Of a stretch of 64,000 nucleotides of DNA, positions 26,337 to 41,900 are shown piece by piece (positions within the stretch are counted from its first letter, which is position 1; each line of letters opens with the position of its first letter). Where the stretch lies: contig OZ059900.1 of the NCBI GenBank assembly GCA_964057225.1, forward strand, positions 18,228,001 through 18,292,000. Reading direction: 5' to 3'. This stretch comes from Auanema rhodensis (taxonomy: Eukaryota; Animalia; Nematoda). The notes beneath the pieces are model-generated. The model worked only from the letters and a program-made list of their open reading frames with translations, did not search any database and was not told the DNA's origin. Made by a program: the position numbers and the translations under genes.

Positions 26337-28389
26337 GCTGGAAAACCAGTTTTTGGAAATTTCGCTGTAAACAAGGTTTTGACTTACGATTTCATGTGTT
26401 CAAACTCATGCAATGTCAATGAAACCTAGCTCAAAATTGTTCGTACAACGTCTAGTTCCACTTTCACGACAAAAAAACAGGGGTTAGAAAATTAAGGAAA
26501 TTAGCATATTCTGAGGGCACGCCCCTTATGGCTAATATTGATTAAATCGATTTTTGTTCATATGAGTCGTCAAATGCAACGAATTTCAGCGTGTTACATA
26601 CTAAAATGAAGCATTTTACATGCTGAACACTAGAAAAATACAAAAACACAGTATTTCCCATGAGAATAATTTTATTATGCTGGAAAACCAGTTTTTGGAA
26701 ATTTCGCTGTAAACAAGGTTTTGACTTACGATTTCATGTGTTCAAACTCATGCAATGTCAATGAAACCTAGCTCAAAATTGTTCGTACAACGTCTAGTTC
26801 CACTTTCACGACAAAAAAACAGGGGTTAGAAAATTAAGGAAATTAGCATATTCTGAGGGCACGCCCCTTATGGCTAATATTGATTAAATCGATTTTTGTT
26901 CATATGAGTCGTCAAATGCAACGAATTTCAGCGTGTTACATACTAAAATGAAGCATTTTACATGCTGAACACTAGAAAAATACAAAAACACAGTATTTCC
27001 CATGAGAAATATTTTATTATGCTGGAAAACCAGTTTTTGGAAATTTCGCTGTAAACAAGGTTTTGACTTACGATTTCATGTGTTCAAACTCATGCAATGT
27101 CAATGAAACCTAGCTCAAAATTGTTCCTACAACGTCTAGTTCCACTTTCACGACAAAAAAACAGGGGTTAGAAAATTAAGGAAATTAGCATATTCTGAGG
27201 GCACGCCCTTTATGGCTAATATTGATTAAATCGATTTTTGTTCATATGAGTCGTCAAATGCAACGAATTTCAGCGTGTTACATACTAAAATGAAGCATTT
27301 CACATGCTGAACACTAGAAAAATACAAAAACACAGTATTTCCCATGAGAAATATTTTATTATGCTGGAAAACCAGTTTTTGGAAATTTCGCTGTAAACAA
27401 GGTTTTGACTTACGATTTCATGTGTTCAAACTCATGCAATGTCAATGAAACCTAGCTCAAAATTGTTCGTACAACGTCTGGTTCCACTTTCACGACAAAA
27501 AAACAGGGGTTAGAAAATTAAGGAAATTAGCATATTCTGAGGGCACGCCCCTTATGGCTAATATTGATTAAATCGATTTTTGTTCATATGAGTCGTCAAA
27601 TGCAACGAATTTCAGCGTGTTACATACTAAAATGAAGCATTTTACATGCTGAACACTAGAAAAATACAAAAACACAGTAATACCCATGAGAAATATTTTA
27701 TTATGCTGGAAAACCAGTTTTTGGAAATTTCGCTGTAAACAAGGTTTTGACTTACGATTTCATGTGTTTAAACTCATGCAATGTCAATGAAACCTAGCTC
27801 AAAATTGTTAATACAATGTCTAGTTCCACTTTCACGACAAAAAAACAGGGGTTAGAAAATTAAGGAAATTAGCATATTCTGAGGGCACGCCCTTTATGGC
27901 TAATATTGATTAAATCGATTTTTGTTCATATGAGTCGTCAAATGCAACGAATTTCAGCGTGTTACATACTAAAATGAAGCATTTTACATGCTGAACACTA
28001 GAAAAATACAAAAACACAGTATTTCCCATGAGAAATATTTTATTATGCTGGAAAACCAGTTTTTGGAAATTTCGCTGTAAACAAGGTTTTGACTTACGAT
28101 TTCATGTGTTCAAACTCATGCAATGTCAATGAAACCTAGCTCAAAATTGTTCGTACAACGTCTAGTTCCACTTTCACGACAAAAAAACAGGGGTTAGAAA
28201 ATTAAGGAAATTAGCATATTCTGAGGGCACGCCCCCTTATGGCTAATATTGATTAAATCGATTTTTGTTCATATGAGTCGTCAAATGCAACGAATTTCAG
28301 CGTGTTACATACTAAAATGAAGCATTTTACATGCTGAACACTAGAAAAATACAAAAACACAGTAATACCCATGAGAAATATTTTATTAT

Positions 28390-31300
28390 GCTGGAAAACC
28401 AGTTTTTGGAAATTTCGCTGTAAACAAGGTTTTGACTTACGATTTCATGTGTTTAAACTCATGCAATGTCAATGAAACCTAGCTCAAAATTGTTAATACA
28501 ATGTCTAGTTCCACTTTCACGACAAAAAAACAGGGGTTAGAAAATTAAGGAAATTAGCATATTCTGAGGGCACGCCCTTTATGGCTAATATTGATTAAAT
28601 CGATTTTTGTTCATATGAGTCGTCAAATGCAACGAATTTCAGCGTGTTACATACTAAAATGAAGCATTTTACATGCTGAACACTAGAAAAATACAAAAAC
28701 ACAGTATTTCCCATGAGAAATATTTTATTATGCTGGAAAACCAGTTTTTGGAAATTTCGCTGTAAACAAGGTTTTGACTTACGATTTCATGTGTTCAAAC
28801 TCATGCAATGTCAATGAAACCTAGCTCAAAATTGTTCGTACAACGTCTAGTTCCACTTTCACGACTAAAAAACAGGGGTTAGAAAATTAAGGAAATTAGC
28901 ATATTCTGAGGGCACGCCCCTTATGGCTAATATTGATTAAATCGATTTTTGTTCATATGAGTCGTCAAATGCAACGAATTTCAGCGTGTTACATACTAAA
29001 ATGAAGCATTTTACATGCTGAACACTAGAAAAATACAAAAACACAGTATTTCCCATGAGAAATATTTTATTATGCTGGAAAACCAGTTTTTGGAAATTTC
29101 GCTGTAAACAAGGTTTTGACTTACGATTTCATGTGTTCAAACTCATGCAATGTCAATGAAACCCAGCTCAAAATTGTTCGTACAACGTCTAGTTCCACTT
29201 TCACGACAAAAAAACAGGGGTTAGAAAATTAAGGAAATTAGCATATTCTGAGGGCACGCCCCTTATGGCTAATATTGATTAAATCGATTTTTGTTCATAT
29301 GAGTCGTCAAATGCAACGAATTTCAGCGTGTTACATACTAAAATAAAGCATTTTACATGCTGAACACTAGAAAAATACAAAAACACAGTATTTCCCATGA
29401 GAAATATTTTATTATGCTGGAAAACCAGTTTTTGGAAATTTCGCTGTAAACAAGGTTTTGACTTACGATTTCATGTGTTCAAACTCATGCAATGTCAATG
29501 AAACCTAGCTCAAAATTGTTCGTACAACGTCTAGTTCCACTTTCACGACAAAAAAACAGGGGTTAGAAAATTAAGGAAATTAGCATATTCTGAGGGCACG
29601 CCCTTTATGGCTAATATTGATTAAATCGATTTTTGTTCATATGAGTCGTCAAATGCAACGAATTTCAGCGTGTTACATACTAAAATGAAGCATTTTACAT
29701 GCTGAACACTAGAAAAATACAAAAACACAGTATTTCCCATGAGAAATATTTTATTATGCTGGAAAACCAGTTTTTGGAAATTTCGCTGTAAACAAGGTTT
29801 TGACTTACGATTTCATGTGTTCAAACTCATGCAATGTCAATGAAACCTAGCTCAAAATTGTTCGTACAACGTCTAGTTCCACTTTCACGACTAAAAAACA
29901 GGGGTTAGAAAATTAAGGAAATTAGCATATTCTGAGGGCACGCCCCTTATGGCTAATATTGATTAAATCGATTTTTGTTCATATGAGTCGTCAAATGCAA
30001 CGAATTTCAGCGTGTTACATACTAAAATGAAGCATTTTACATGCTGAACACTAGAAAAATACAAAAACACAGTATTTCCCATGAGAAATATTTTATTATG
30101 CTGGAAAACCAGTTTTTGGAAATTTCGCTGTAAACAAGGTTTTGACTTACGATTTCATGTGTTTAAACTCATGCAATGTCAATGAAACCTAGCTCAAAAT
30201 TGTTAATACAATGTCTAGTTCCACTTTCACGACAAAAAAACAGGGGTTAGAAAATTAAGGAAATTAGCATATTCTGAGGGCACGCCCTTTATGGCTAATA
30301 TTGATTAAATCGATTTTTGTTCATATGAGTCGTCAAATGCAACGAATTTCAGCGTGTTACATACTAAAATGAAGCATTTTACATGCTGAACACTAGAAAA
30401 ATACAAAAACACAGTATTTCCCATGAGAAATATTTTATTATGCTGGAAAACCAGTTTTTGGAAATTTCGCTGTAAACAAGGTTTTGACTTACGATTTCAT
30501 GTGTTCAAACTCATGCAATGTCAATGAAACCTAGCTCAAAATTGTTCGTACAACGTCTAGTTCCACTTTCACGACTAAAAAACAGGGGTTAGAAAATTAA
30601 GGAAATTAGCATATTCTGAGGGCACGCCCCTTATGGCTAATATTGATTAAATCGATTTTTGTTCATATGAGTCGTCAAATGCAACGAATTTCAGCGTGTT
30701 ACATACTAAAATGAAGCATTTTACATGCTGAACACTAGAAAAATACAAAAACACAGTATTTCCCATGAGAAATATTTTATTATGCTGGAAAACCAGTTTT
30801 TGGAAATTTCGCTGTAAACAAGGTTTTGACTTACGATTTCATGTGTTCAAACTCATGCAATGTCAATGAAACCCAGCTCAAAATTGTTCGTACAACGTCT
30901 AGTTCCACTTTCACGACAAAAAAACAGGGGTTAGAAAATTAAGGAAATTAGCATATTCTGAGGGCACGCCCCTTATGGCTAATATTGATTAAATCGATTT
31001 TTGTTCATATGAGTCGTCAAATGCAACGAATTTCAGCGTGTTACATACTAAAATAAAGCATTTTACATGCTGAACACTAGAAAAATACAAAAACACAGTA
31101 TTTCCCATGAGAAATATTTTATTATGCTGGAAAACCAGTTTTTGGAAATTTCGCTGTAAACAAGGTTTTGACTTACGATTTCATGTGTTCAAACTCATGC
31201 AATGTCAATGAAACCTAGCTCAAAATTGTTCGTACAACGTCTAGTTCCACTTTCACGACAAAAAAACAGGGGTTAGAAAATTAAGGAAATTAGCATATTC

Positions 31301-31809
31301 TGAGGGCACGCCCTTTATGGCTAATATTGATTAAATCGATTTTTGTTCATATGAGTCGTCAAATGCAACGAATTTCAGCGTGTTACATACTAAAATGAAG
31401 CATTTTACATGCTGAACACTAGAAAAATACAAAAACACAGTATTTCCCATGAGAAATATTTTATTATGCTGGAAAACCAGTTTTTGGAAATTTCGCTGTA
31501 AACAAGGTTTTGACTTACGATTTCATGTGTTCAAACTCATGCAATGTCAATGAAACCTAGCTCAAAATTGTTCGTACAACGTCTAGTTCCACTTTCACGA
31601 CTAAAAAACAGGGGTTAGAAAATTAAGGAAATTAGCATATTCTGAGGGCACGCCCCTTATGGCTAATATTGATTAAATCGATTTTTGTTCATATGAGTCG
31701 TCAAATGCAACGAATTTCAGCGTGTTACATACTAAAATGAAGCATTTTACATGCTGAACACTAGAAAAATACAAAAACACAGTATTTCCCATGAGAAATA
31801 TTTTATTAT
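28390..31809. repeat. 5-monomer (1,710 bp) tandem duplication (M84-88 = M89-93)
   Basis: The series C65T+TTAATACAAT+C189T / A135T / T91C+G272A / C189T / A135T occurs twice. Confidence 0.87.
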
Positions 31810-34800
31810 GCTGGAAAACCAGTTTTTGGAAATTTCGCTGTAAACAAGGTTTTGACTTACGATTTCATGTGTTCAAACTCATGCAATGTCAATGAAACCC
31901 AGCTCAAAATTGTTCGTACAACGTCTAGTTCCACTTTCACGACAAAAAAACAGGGGTTAGAAAATTAAGGAAATTAGCATATTCTGAGGGCACGCCCCTT
32001 ATGGCTAATATTGATTAAATCGATTTTTGTTCATATGAGTCGTCAAATGCAACGAATTTCAGCGTGTTACATACTAAAATAAAGCATTTTACATGCTGAA
32101 CACTAGAAAAATACAAAAACACAGTATTTCCCATGAGAAATATTTTATTATGCTGGAAAACCAGTTTTTGGAAATTTCGCTGTAAACAAGGTTTTGACTT
32201 ACGATTTCATGTGTTCAAACTCATGCAATGTCAATGAAACCTAGCTCAAAATTGTTCGTACAACGTCTAGTTCCACTTTCACGACAAAAAAACAGGGGTT
32301 AGAAAATTAAGGAAATTAGCATATTCTGAGGGCACGCCCCTTATGGCTAATATTGATTAAATCGATTTTTGTTCATATGAGTCGTCAAATGCAACGAATT
32401 TCAGCGTGTTACATACTAAAATGAAGCATTTTACATGCTGAACACTAGAAAAATACAAAAACACAGTATTTCCCATGAGAAATATTTTATTATGCTGGAA
32501 AACCAGTTTTTGGAAATTTCGCTGTAAACAAGGTTTTGACTTACGATTTCATGTGTTCAAACTCATGCAATGTCAATGAAACCCAGCTCAAAATTGTTCG
32601 TACAACGTCTAGTTCCACTTTCACGACAAAAAAACAGGGGTTAGAAAATTAAGGAAATTAGCATATTCTGAGGGCACGCCCCTTATGGCTAATATTGATT
32701 AAATCGATTTTTGTTCATATGAGTCGTCAAATGCAACGAATTTCAGCGTGTTACATACTAAAATGAAGCATTTTACATGCTGAACACTAGAAAAATACAA
32801 AAACACAGTATTTCCCATGAGAAATATTTTATTATGCTGGAAAACCAGTTTTTGGAAATTTCGCTGTAAACAAGGTTTTGACTTACGATTTCATGTGTTC
32901 AAACTCATGCAATGTCAATGAAACCTAGCTCAAAATTGTTCGTACAACGTCTAGTTCCACTTTCACGACAAAAAAACAGGGGTTAGAAAATTAAGGAAAT
33001 TAGCATATTCTGAGGGCACGCCCCTTATGGCTAATATTGATTAAATCGATTTTTGTTCATATGAGTCGTCAAATGCAACGAATTTCAGCGTGTTACATAC
33101 TAAAATAAAGCATTTTACATGCTGAACACTAGAAAAATACAAAAACACAGTATTTCCCATGAGAAATATTTTATTATGCTGGAAAACCAGTTTTTGGAAA
33201 TTTCGCTGTAAACAAGGTTTTGACTTACGATTTCATGTGTTCAAACTCATGCAATGTCAATGAAACCTAGCTCAAAATTGTTAATACAATGTCTAGTTCC
33301 ACTTTCACGACAAAAAAACAGGGGTTAGAAAATTAAGGAAATTAGCATATTCTGAGGGCACGCCCCTTATGGCTAATATTGATTAAATCGATTTTTGTTC
33401 ATATGAGTCGTCAAATGCAACGAATTTCAGCGTGTTACATACTAAAATAAAGCATTTTACATGCTGAACACTAGAAAAATACAAAAACACAGTATTTCCC
33501 ATGAGAAATATTTTATTATGCTGGAAAACCAGTTTTTGGAAATTTCGCTGTAAACAAGGTTTTGACTTACGATTTCATGTGTTCAAACTCATGCAATGTC
33601 AATGAAACCTAGCTCAAAATTGTTCGTACAACGTCTAGTTCCACTTTCACGACAAAAAAACAGGGGTTAGAAAATTAAGGAAATTAGCATATTCTGAGGG
33701 CACGCCCTTTATGGCTAATATTGATTAAATCGATTTTTGTTCATATGAGTCGTCAAATGCAACGAATTTCAGCGTGTTACATACTAAAATGAAGCATTTT
33801 ACATGCTGAACACTAGAAAAATACAAAAACACAGTATTTCCCATGAGAAATATTTTATTATGCTGGAAAACCAGTTTTTGGAAATTTCGCTGTAAACAAG
33901 GTTTTGACTTACAATTTCATGTGTTCAAACTCATGCAATGTCAATGAAACCTAGCTCAAAATTGTTCGTACAACGTCTAGTTCCACTTTCACGACTAAAA
34001 AACAGGGGTTAGAAAATTAAGGAAATTAGCATATTCTGAGGGCACGCCCCTTATGGCTAATATTGATTAAATCGATTTTTGTTCATATGAGTCGTCAAAT
34101 GCAACGAATTTCAGCGTGTTACATACTAAAATGAAGCATTTTACATGCTGAACACTAGAAAAATACAAAAACACAGTATTTCCCATGAGAAATATTTTAT
34201 TATGCTGGAAAACCAGTTTTTGGAAATTTCGCTGTAAACAAGGTTTTGACTTACGATTTCATGTGTTCAAACTCATGCAATGTCAATGAAACCCAGCTCA
34301 AAATTGTTCGTACAACGTCTAGTTCCACTTTCACGACAAAAAAACAGGGGTTAGAAAATTAAGGAAATTAGCATATTCTGAGGGCACGCCCCTTATGGCT
34401 AATATTGATTAAATCGATTTTTGTTCATATGAGTCGTCAAATGCAACGAATTTCAGCGTGTTACATACTAAAATAAAGCATTTTACATGCTGAACACTAG
34501 AAAAATACAAAAACACAGTATTTCCCATGAGAAATATTTTATTATGCTGGAAAACCAGTTTTTGGAAATTTCGCTGTAAACAAGGTTTTGACTTACGATT
34601 TCATGTGTTCAAACTCATGCAATGTCAATGAAACCTAGCTCAAAATTGTTCGTACAACGTCTAGTTCCACTTTCACGACAAAAAAACAGGGGTTAGAAAA
34701 TTAAGGAAATTAGCATATTCTGAGGGCACGCCCCTTATGGCTAATATTGATTAAATCGATTTTTGTTCATATGAGTCGTCAAATGCAACGAATTTCAGCG

Positions 34801-37800
34801 TGTTACATACTAAAATGAAGCATTTTACATGCTGAACACTAGAAAAATACAAAAACACAGTATTTCCCATGAGAAATATTTTATTATGCTGGAAAACCAG
34901 TTTTTGGAAATTTCGCTGTAAACAAGGTTTTGACTTACGATTTCATGTGTTCAAACTCATGCAATGTCAATGAAACCCAGCTCAAAATTGTTCGTACAAC
35001 GTCTAGTTCCACTTTCACGACAAAAAAACAGGGGTTAGAAAATTAAGGAAATTAGCATATTCTGAGGGCACGCCCCTTATGGCTAATATTGATTAAATCG
35101 ATTTTTGTTCATATGAGTCGTCAAATGCAACGAATTTCAGCGTGTTACATACTAAAATGAAGCATTTTACATGCTGAACACTAGAAAAATACAAAAACAC
35201 AGTATTTCCCATGAGAAATATTTTATTATGCTGGAAAACCAGTTTTTGGAAATTTCGCTGTAAACAAGGTTTTGACTTACGATTTCATGTGTTCAAACTC
35301 ATGCAATGTCAATGAAACCTAGCTCAAAATTGTTCGTACAACGTCTAGTTCCACTTTCACGACAAAAAAACAGGTGTTAGAAAATTAAGGAAATTAGCAT
35401 ATTCTGAGGGCACGCCCCTTATGGCTAATATTGATTAAATCGATTTTTGTTCATATGAGTCGTCAAATGCAACGAATTTCAGCGTGTTACATACTAAAAT
35501 GAAGCATTTTACATGCTGAACACTAGAAAAATACAAAAACACAGTATTTCCCATGAGAAATATTTTATTATGCTGGAAAACCAGTTTTTGAAAATTTCGC
35601 TGTAAACAAGGTTTTGACTTACGATTTCATGTGTTCAAACTCATGCAATGTCAATGAAACCTAGCTCAAAATTGTTCCTACAACGTCTAGTTCCACTTTC
35701 ACGACAAAAAAACAGGGGTTAGAAAATTAAGGAAATTAGCATATTCTGAGGGCACGCCCTTTATGGCTAATATTGATTAAATCGATTTTTGTTCATATGA
35801 GTCGTCAAATGCAACGAATTTCAGCGTGTTACATACTAAAATGAAGCATTTTACATGCTGAACACTAGAAAAATACAAAAACACAGTATTTCCCATGAGA
35901 AATATTTTATTATGCTGGAAAACCAGTTTTTGAAAATTTCGCTGTAAACAAGGTTTTGACTTACGATTTCATGTGTTCAAACTCATGCAATGTCAATGAA
36001 ACCTAGCTCAAAATTGTTCCTACAACGTCTAGTTCCACTTTCACGACAAAAAAACAGGGGTTAGAAAATTAAGGAAATTAGCATATTCTGAGGGCACGCC
36101 CCTTATGGCTAATATTGATTAAATCGATTTTTGTTCATATGAGTCGTCAAATGCAACGAATTTCAGCGTGTTACATACTAAAATGAAGCATTTTACATGC
36201 TGAACACTAGAAAAATACAAAAACACAGTATTTCCCATGAGAAATATTTTATTATGCTGGAAAACCAGTTTTTGGAAATTTCGCTGTAAACAAGGTTTTG
36301 ACTTACGATTTCATGTGTTCAAACTCATGCAATGTCAATGAAACCTAGCTCAAAATTGTTCCTACAACGTCTAGTTCCACTTTCACGACAAAAAAACAGG
36401 GGTTAGAAAATTAAGGAAATTAGCATATTCTGAGGGCACGCCCTTTATGGCTAATATTGATTAAATCGATTTTTGTTCATATGAGTCGTCAAATGCAACG
36501 AATTTCAGCGTGTTACATACTAAAATGAAGCATTTCACATGCTGAACACTAGAAAAATACAAAAACACAGTATTTCCCATGAGAAATATTTTATTATGCT
36601 GGAAAACCAGTTTTTGGAAATTTCGCTGTAAACAAGGTTTTGACTTACGATTTCATGTGTTCAAACTCATGCAATGTCAATGAAACCTAGCTCAAAATTG
36701 TTCGTACAACGTCTAGTTCCACTTTCACGACAAAAAAACAGGGGTTAGAAAATTAAGGAAATTAGCATATTCTGAGGGCACGCCCCTTATGGCTAATATT
36801 GATTAAATCGATTTTTGTTCATATGAGTCGTCAAATGCAACGAATTTCAGCGTGTTACATACTAAAATGAAGCATTTTACATGCTGAACACTAGAAAAAT
36901 ACAAAAACACAGTAATACCCATGAGAAATATTTTATTATGCTGGAAAACCAGTTTTTGGAAATTTCGCTGTAAACAAGGTTTTGACTTACGATTTCATGT
37001 GTTCAAACTCATGCAATGTCAATGAAACCTAGCTCAAAATTGTTCGTACAACGTCTAGTTCCACTTTCACGACAAAAAAACAGGGGTTAGAAAATTAAGG
37101 AAATTAGCATATTCTGAGGGCACGCCCCTTATGGCTAATATTGATTAAATCGATTTTTGTTCATATGAGTCGTCAAATGCAACGAATTTCAGCGTGTTAC
37201 ATACTAAAATGAAGCATTTTACATGCTGAACACTAGAAAAATACAAAAACACAGTATTTCCCATGAGAAATATTTTATTATGCTGGAAAACCAGTTTTTG
37301 GAAATTTCGCTGTAAACAAGGTTTTGACTTACGATTTCATGTGTTCAAACTCATGCAATGTCAATGAAACCTAGCTCAAAATTGTTCGTACAACGTCTAG
37401 TTCCACTTTCACGACAAAAAAACAGGGGTTAGAAAATTAAGGAAATTAGCATATTCTGAGGGCACGCCCCTTATGGCTAATATTGATTAAATCGATTTTT
37501 GTTCATATGAGTCGTCAAATGCAACGAATTTCAGCGTGTTACATACTAAAATGAAGCATTTTACATGCTGAACACTAGAAAAATACAAAAACACAGTAAT
37601 ACCCATGAGAAATATTTTATTATGCTGGAAAACCAGTTTTTGGAAAGTTCGCTGTAAACAAGGTTTTGACTTACGATTTCATGTGTTCAAACTCATGCAA
37701 TGTCAATGAAACCTAGCTCAAAATTGTTCGTACAACGTCTAGTTCCACTTTCACGACTAAAAAACAGGGGTTAGAAAATTAAGGAAATTAGCATATTCTG

Positions 37801-38991
37801 AGGGCACGCCCCTTATGGCTAATATTGATTAAATCGATTTTTGTTCATATGAGTCGTCAAATGCAACGAATTTCAGCGTGTTACATACTAAAATGAAGCA
37901 TTTTACATGCTGAACACTAGAAAAATACAAAAACACAGTAATACCCATGAGAAATATTTTATTATGCTGGAAAACCAGTTTTTGGAAATTTCGCTGTAAA
38001 CAAGGTTTTGACTTACGATTTCATGTGTTCAAACTCATGCAATGTCAATGAAACCTAGCTCAAAATTGTTCGTACAACGTCTAGTTCCACTTTCACGACA
38101 AAAAAACAGGGGTTAGAAAATTAAGGAAATTAGCATATTCTGAGGGCACGCCCCTTATGGCTAATATTGATTAAATCGATTTTTGTTCATATGAGTCGTC
38201 AAATGCAACGAATTTCAGCGTGTTACATACTAAAATGAAGCATTTTACATGCTGAACACTAGAAAAATACAAAAACACAGTAATACCCATGAGAAATATT
38301 TTATTATGCTGGAAAACCAGTTTTTGGAAATTTCGCTGTAAACAAGGTTTTGACTTACGATTTCATGTGTTCAAACTCATGCAATGTCAATGAAACCTAG
38401 CTCAAAATTGTTAATACAATGTCTAGTTCCACTTTCACGACAAAAAAACAGGGGTTAGAAAATTAAGGAAATTAGCATATTCTGAGGGCACGCCCTTTAT
38501 GGCTAATATTGATTAAATCGATTTTTGTTCATATGAGTCGTCAAATGCAACGAATTTCAGCGTGTTACATACTAAAATGAAGCATTTTACATGCTGAACA
38601 CTAGAAAAATACAAAAACACAGTATTTCCCATGAGAAATATTTTATTATGCTGGAAAACCAGTTTTTGGAAATTTCGCTGTAAACAAGGTTTTGACTTAC
38701 GATTTCATGTGTTCAAACTCATGCAATGTCAATGAAACCTAGCTCAAAATTGTTCGTACAACGTCTAGTTCCACTTTCACGACAAAAAAACAGGGGTTAG
38801 AAAATTAAGGAAATTAGCATATTCTGAGGGCACGCCCCTTATGGCTAATATTGATTAAATCGATTTTTGTTCATATGAGTCGTCAAATGCAACGAATTTC
38901 AGCGTGTTACATACTAAAATGAAGCATTTTACATGCTGAACACTAGAAAAATACAAAAACACAGTAATACCCATGAGAAATATTTTATTAT

Positions 38992-41900
38992 GCTGGAAAA
39001 CCAGTTTTTGGAAATTTCGCTGTAAACAAGGTTTTGACTTACGATTTCATGTGTTCAAACTCATGCAATGTCAATGAAACCTAGCTCAAAATTGTTCGTA
39101 CAACGTCTAGTTCCACTTTCACGACAAAAAAACAGGGGTTAGAAAATTAAGGAAATTAGCATATTCTGAGAGCACGCCCTTTATGGCTAATATTGATTAA
39201 ATCGATTTTTGTTCATATGAGTCGTCAAATGCAACGAATTTCAGCGTGTTACATACTAAAATGAAGCATTTTACATGCTGAACGCTAGAAAAATACAAAA
39301 ACACAGTATTACCCATGAGAAATATTTTATTATGCTGGAAAACCAGTTTTTGGAAATTTCGCTGTAAACAAGGTTTTGACTTACGATTTCATGTGTTCAA
39401 ACTCATGCAATGTCAATGAAACCTAGCTCAAAATTGTTCCTACAACGTCTAGTTCCACTTTCACGACAAAAAAACAGGGGTTAGAAAATTAAGGAAATTA
39501 GCATATTCTGAGGGCACGCCCCTTATGGCTAATATTGATTAAATCGATTTTTGTTCATATGAGTCGTCAAATGCAACGAATTTCAGCGTGTTACATACTA
39601 AAATGAAGCATTTTGTATGCTGAACACTAGAAAAATACAAAAACATAGTATTTCCCATGAGAAATATTTTATTATGCTGGAAAACCAGTTTTTGGAAATT
39701 TCGCTGTAAACAAGGTTTTGACTTACGATTTCATGTGTTCAAACTCATGCAATGTCAATGAAACCTAGCTCAAAATTGTTCGTACAACGTCTAGTTCCAC
39801 TTTCACGACAAAAAAACAGGGGTTAGAAAATTAAGGAAATTAGCATATTCTGAGGGCACGCCCCTTATGGCTAATATTGATTAAATCGATTTTTGTTCAT
39901 ATGAGTCGTCAAATGCAACGAATTTCAGCGTGTTACATACTAAAATTAAGCATTTTACATGCTGAACACTAGAAAAATACAAAAACACAGTAATACCCAT
40001 GAGAAATATTTTATTATGCTGGAAAACCAGTTTTTGGAAATTTCGCTGTAAACAAGGTTTTGACTTACGATTTCATGTGTTCAAACTCATGCAATGTCAA
40101 TGAAACCTAGCTCAAAATTGTTCGTACAACGTCTAGTTCCACTTTCACGACAAAAAAACAGGGGTTAGAAAATTAAGGAAATTAGCATATTCTGAGGGCA
40201 CGCCCCTCATGGCTAATATTGATTAAATCGATTTTTGTTCATATGAGTCGTCAAATGCAACGAATTTCAGCGTGTTACATACTAAAATGAAGCATTTTAC
40301 ATGCTGAACACTAGAAAAATACAAAAACACAGTATTTCCCATGAGAAATATTTTATTATGCTGGAAAACCAGTTTTTGGAAATTTCGCTGTAAACAAGGT
40401 TTTGACTTACGATTTCATGTGTTCAAACTCATGCAATGTCAATGAAACCTAGCTCAAAATTGTTCGTACAACGTCTAGTTCCACTTTCACGACAAAAAAA
40501 CAGGGGTTAGAAAATTAAGGAAATTAGCATATTCTGAGAGCACGCCCTTTATGGCTAATATTGATTAAATCGATTTTTGTTCATATGAGTCGTCAAATGC
40601 AACGAATTTCAGCGTGTTACATACTAAAATGAAGCATTTTACATGCTGAACGCTAGAAAAATACAAAAACACAGTATTACCCATGAGAAATATTTTATTA
40701 TGCTGGAAAACCAGTTTTTGGAAATTTCGCTGTAAACAAGGTTTTGACTTACGATTTCATGTGTTCAAACTCATGCAATGTCAATGAAACCTAGCTCAAA
40801 ATTGTTCGTACAACGTCTAGTTCCACTTTCACGACAAAAAAACAGGGGTTAGAAAATTAAGGAAATTAGCATATTCTGAGGGCACGCCCCTTATGGCTAA
40901 TATTGATTAAATCGATTTTTGTTCATATGAGTCGTCAAATGCAACGAATTTCAGCGTGTTACATACTAAAATGAAGCATTTTACATGCTGAACACTAGAA
41001 AAATACAAAAACACAGTATTTCCCATGAGAAATATTTTATTATGCTGGAAAACCAGTTTTTGGAAATTTCGCTGTAAACAAGGTTTTGACTTACGATTTC
41101 ATGTGTTCAAACTCATGCAATGTCAATGAAACCTAGCTCAAAATTGTTCGTACAACGTCTAGTTCCACTTTCACGACAAAAAAACAGGGGTTAGAAAATT
41201 AAGGAAATTAGCATATTCTGAGAGCACGCCCTTTATGGCTAATATTGATTAAATCGATTTTTGTTCATATGAGTCGTCAAATGCAACGAATTTCAGCGTG
41301 TTACATACTAAAATGAAGCATTTTACATGCTGAACGCTAGAAAAATACAAAAACACAGTATTACCCATGAGAAATATTTTATTATGCTGGAAAACCAGTT
41401 TTTGGAAATTTCGCTGTAAACAAGGTTTTGACTTACGATTTCATGTGTTCAAACTCATGCAATGTCAATGAAACCTAGCTCAAAATTGTTCCTACAACGT
41501 CTAGTTCCACTTTCACGACAAAAAAACAGGGGTTAGAAAATTAAGGAAATTAGCATATTCTGAGGGCACGCCCCTTATGGCTAATATTGATTAAATCGAT
41601 TTTTGTTCATATGAGTCGTCAAATGCAACGAATTTCAGCGTGTTACATACTAAAATGAAGCATTTTGTATGCTGAACACTAGAAAAATACAAAAACATAG
41701 TATTTCCCATGAGAAATATTTTATTATGCTGGAATACCAGTTTTTGGAAATTTCGCTGTAAACGAGGTTTTGACTTACGATTTCATGTGTTCAAACTCAT
41801 GCAATGTCAATGAAACCTAGCTCAAAATTGTTCGTACAACGTCTAGTTCCACTTTCACGACAAAAAAACAGGGGTTAGAAAATTAAGGAAATTAGCATAT

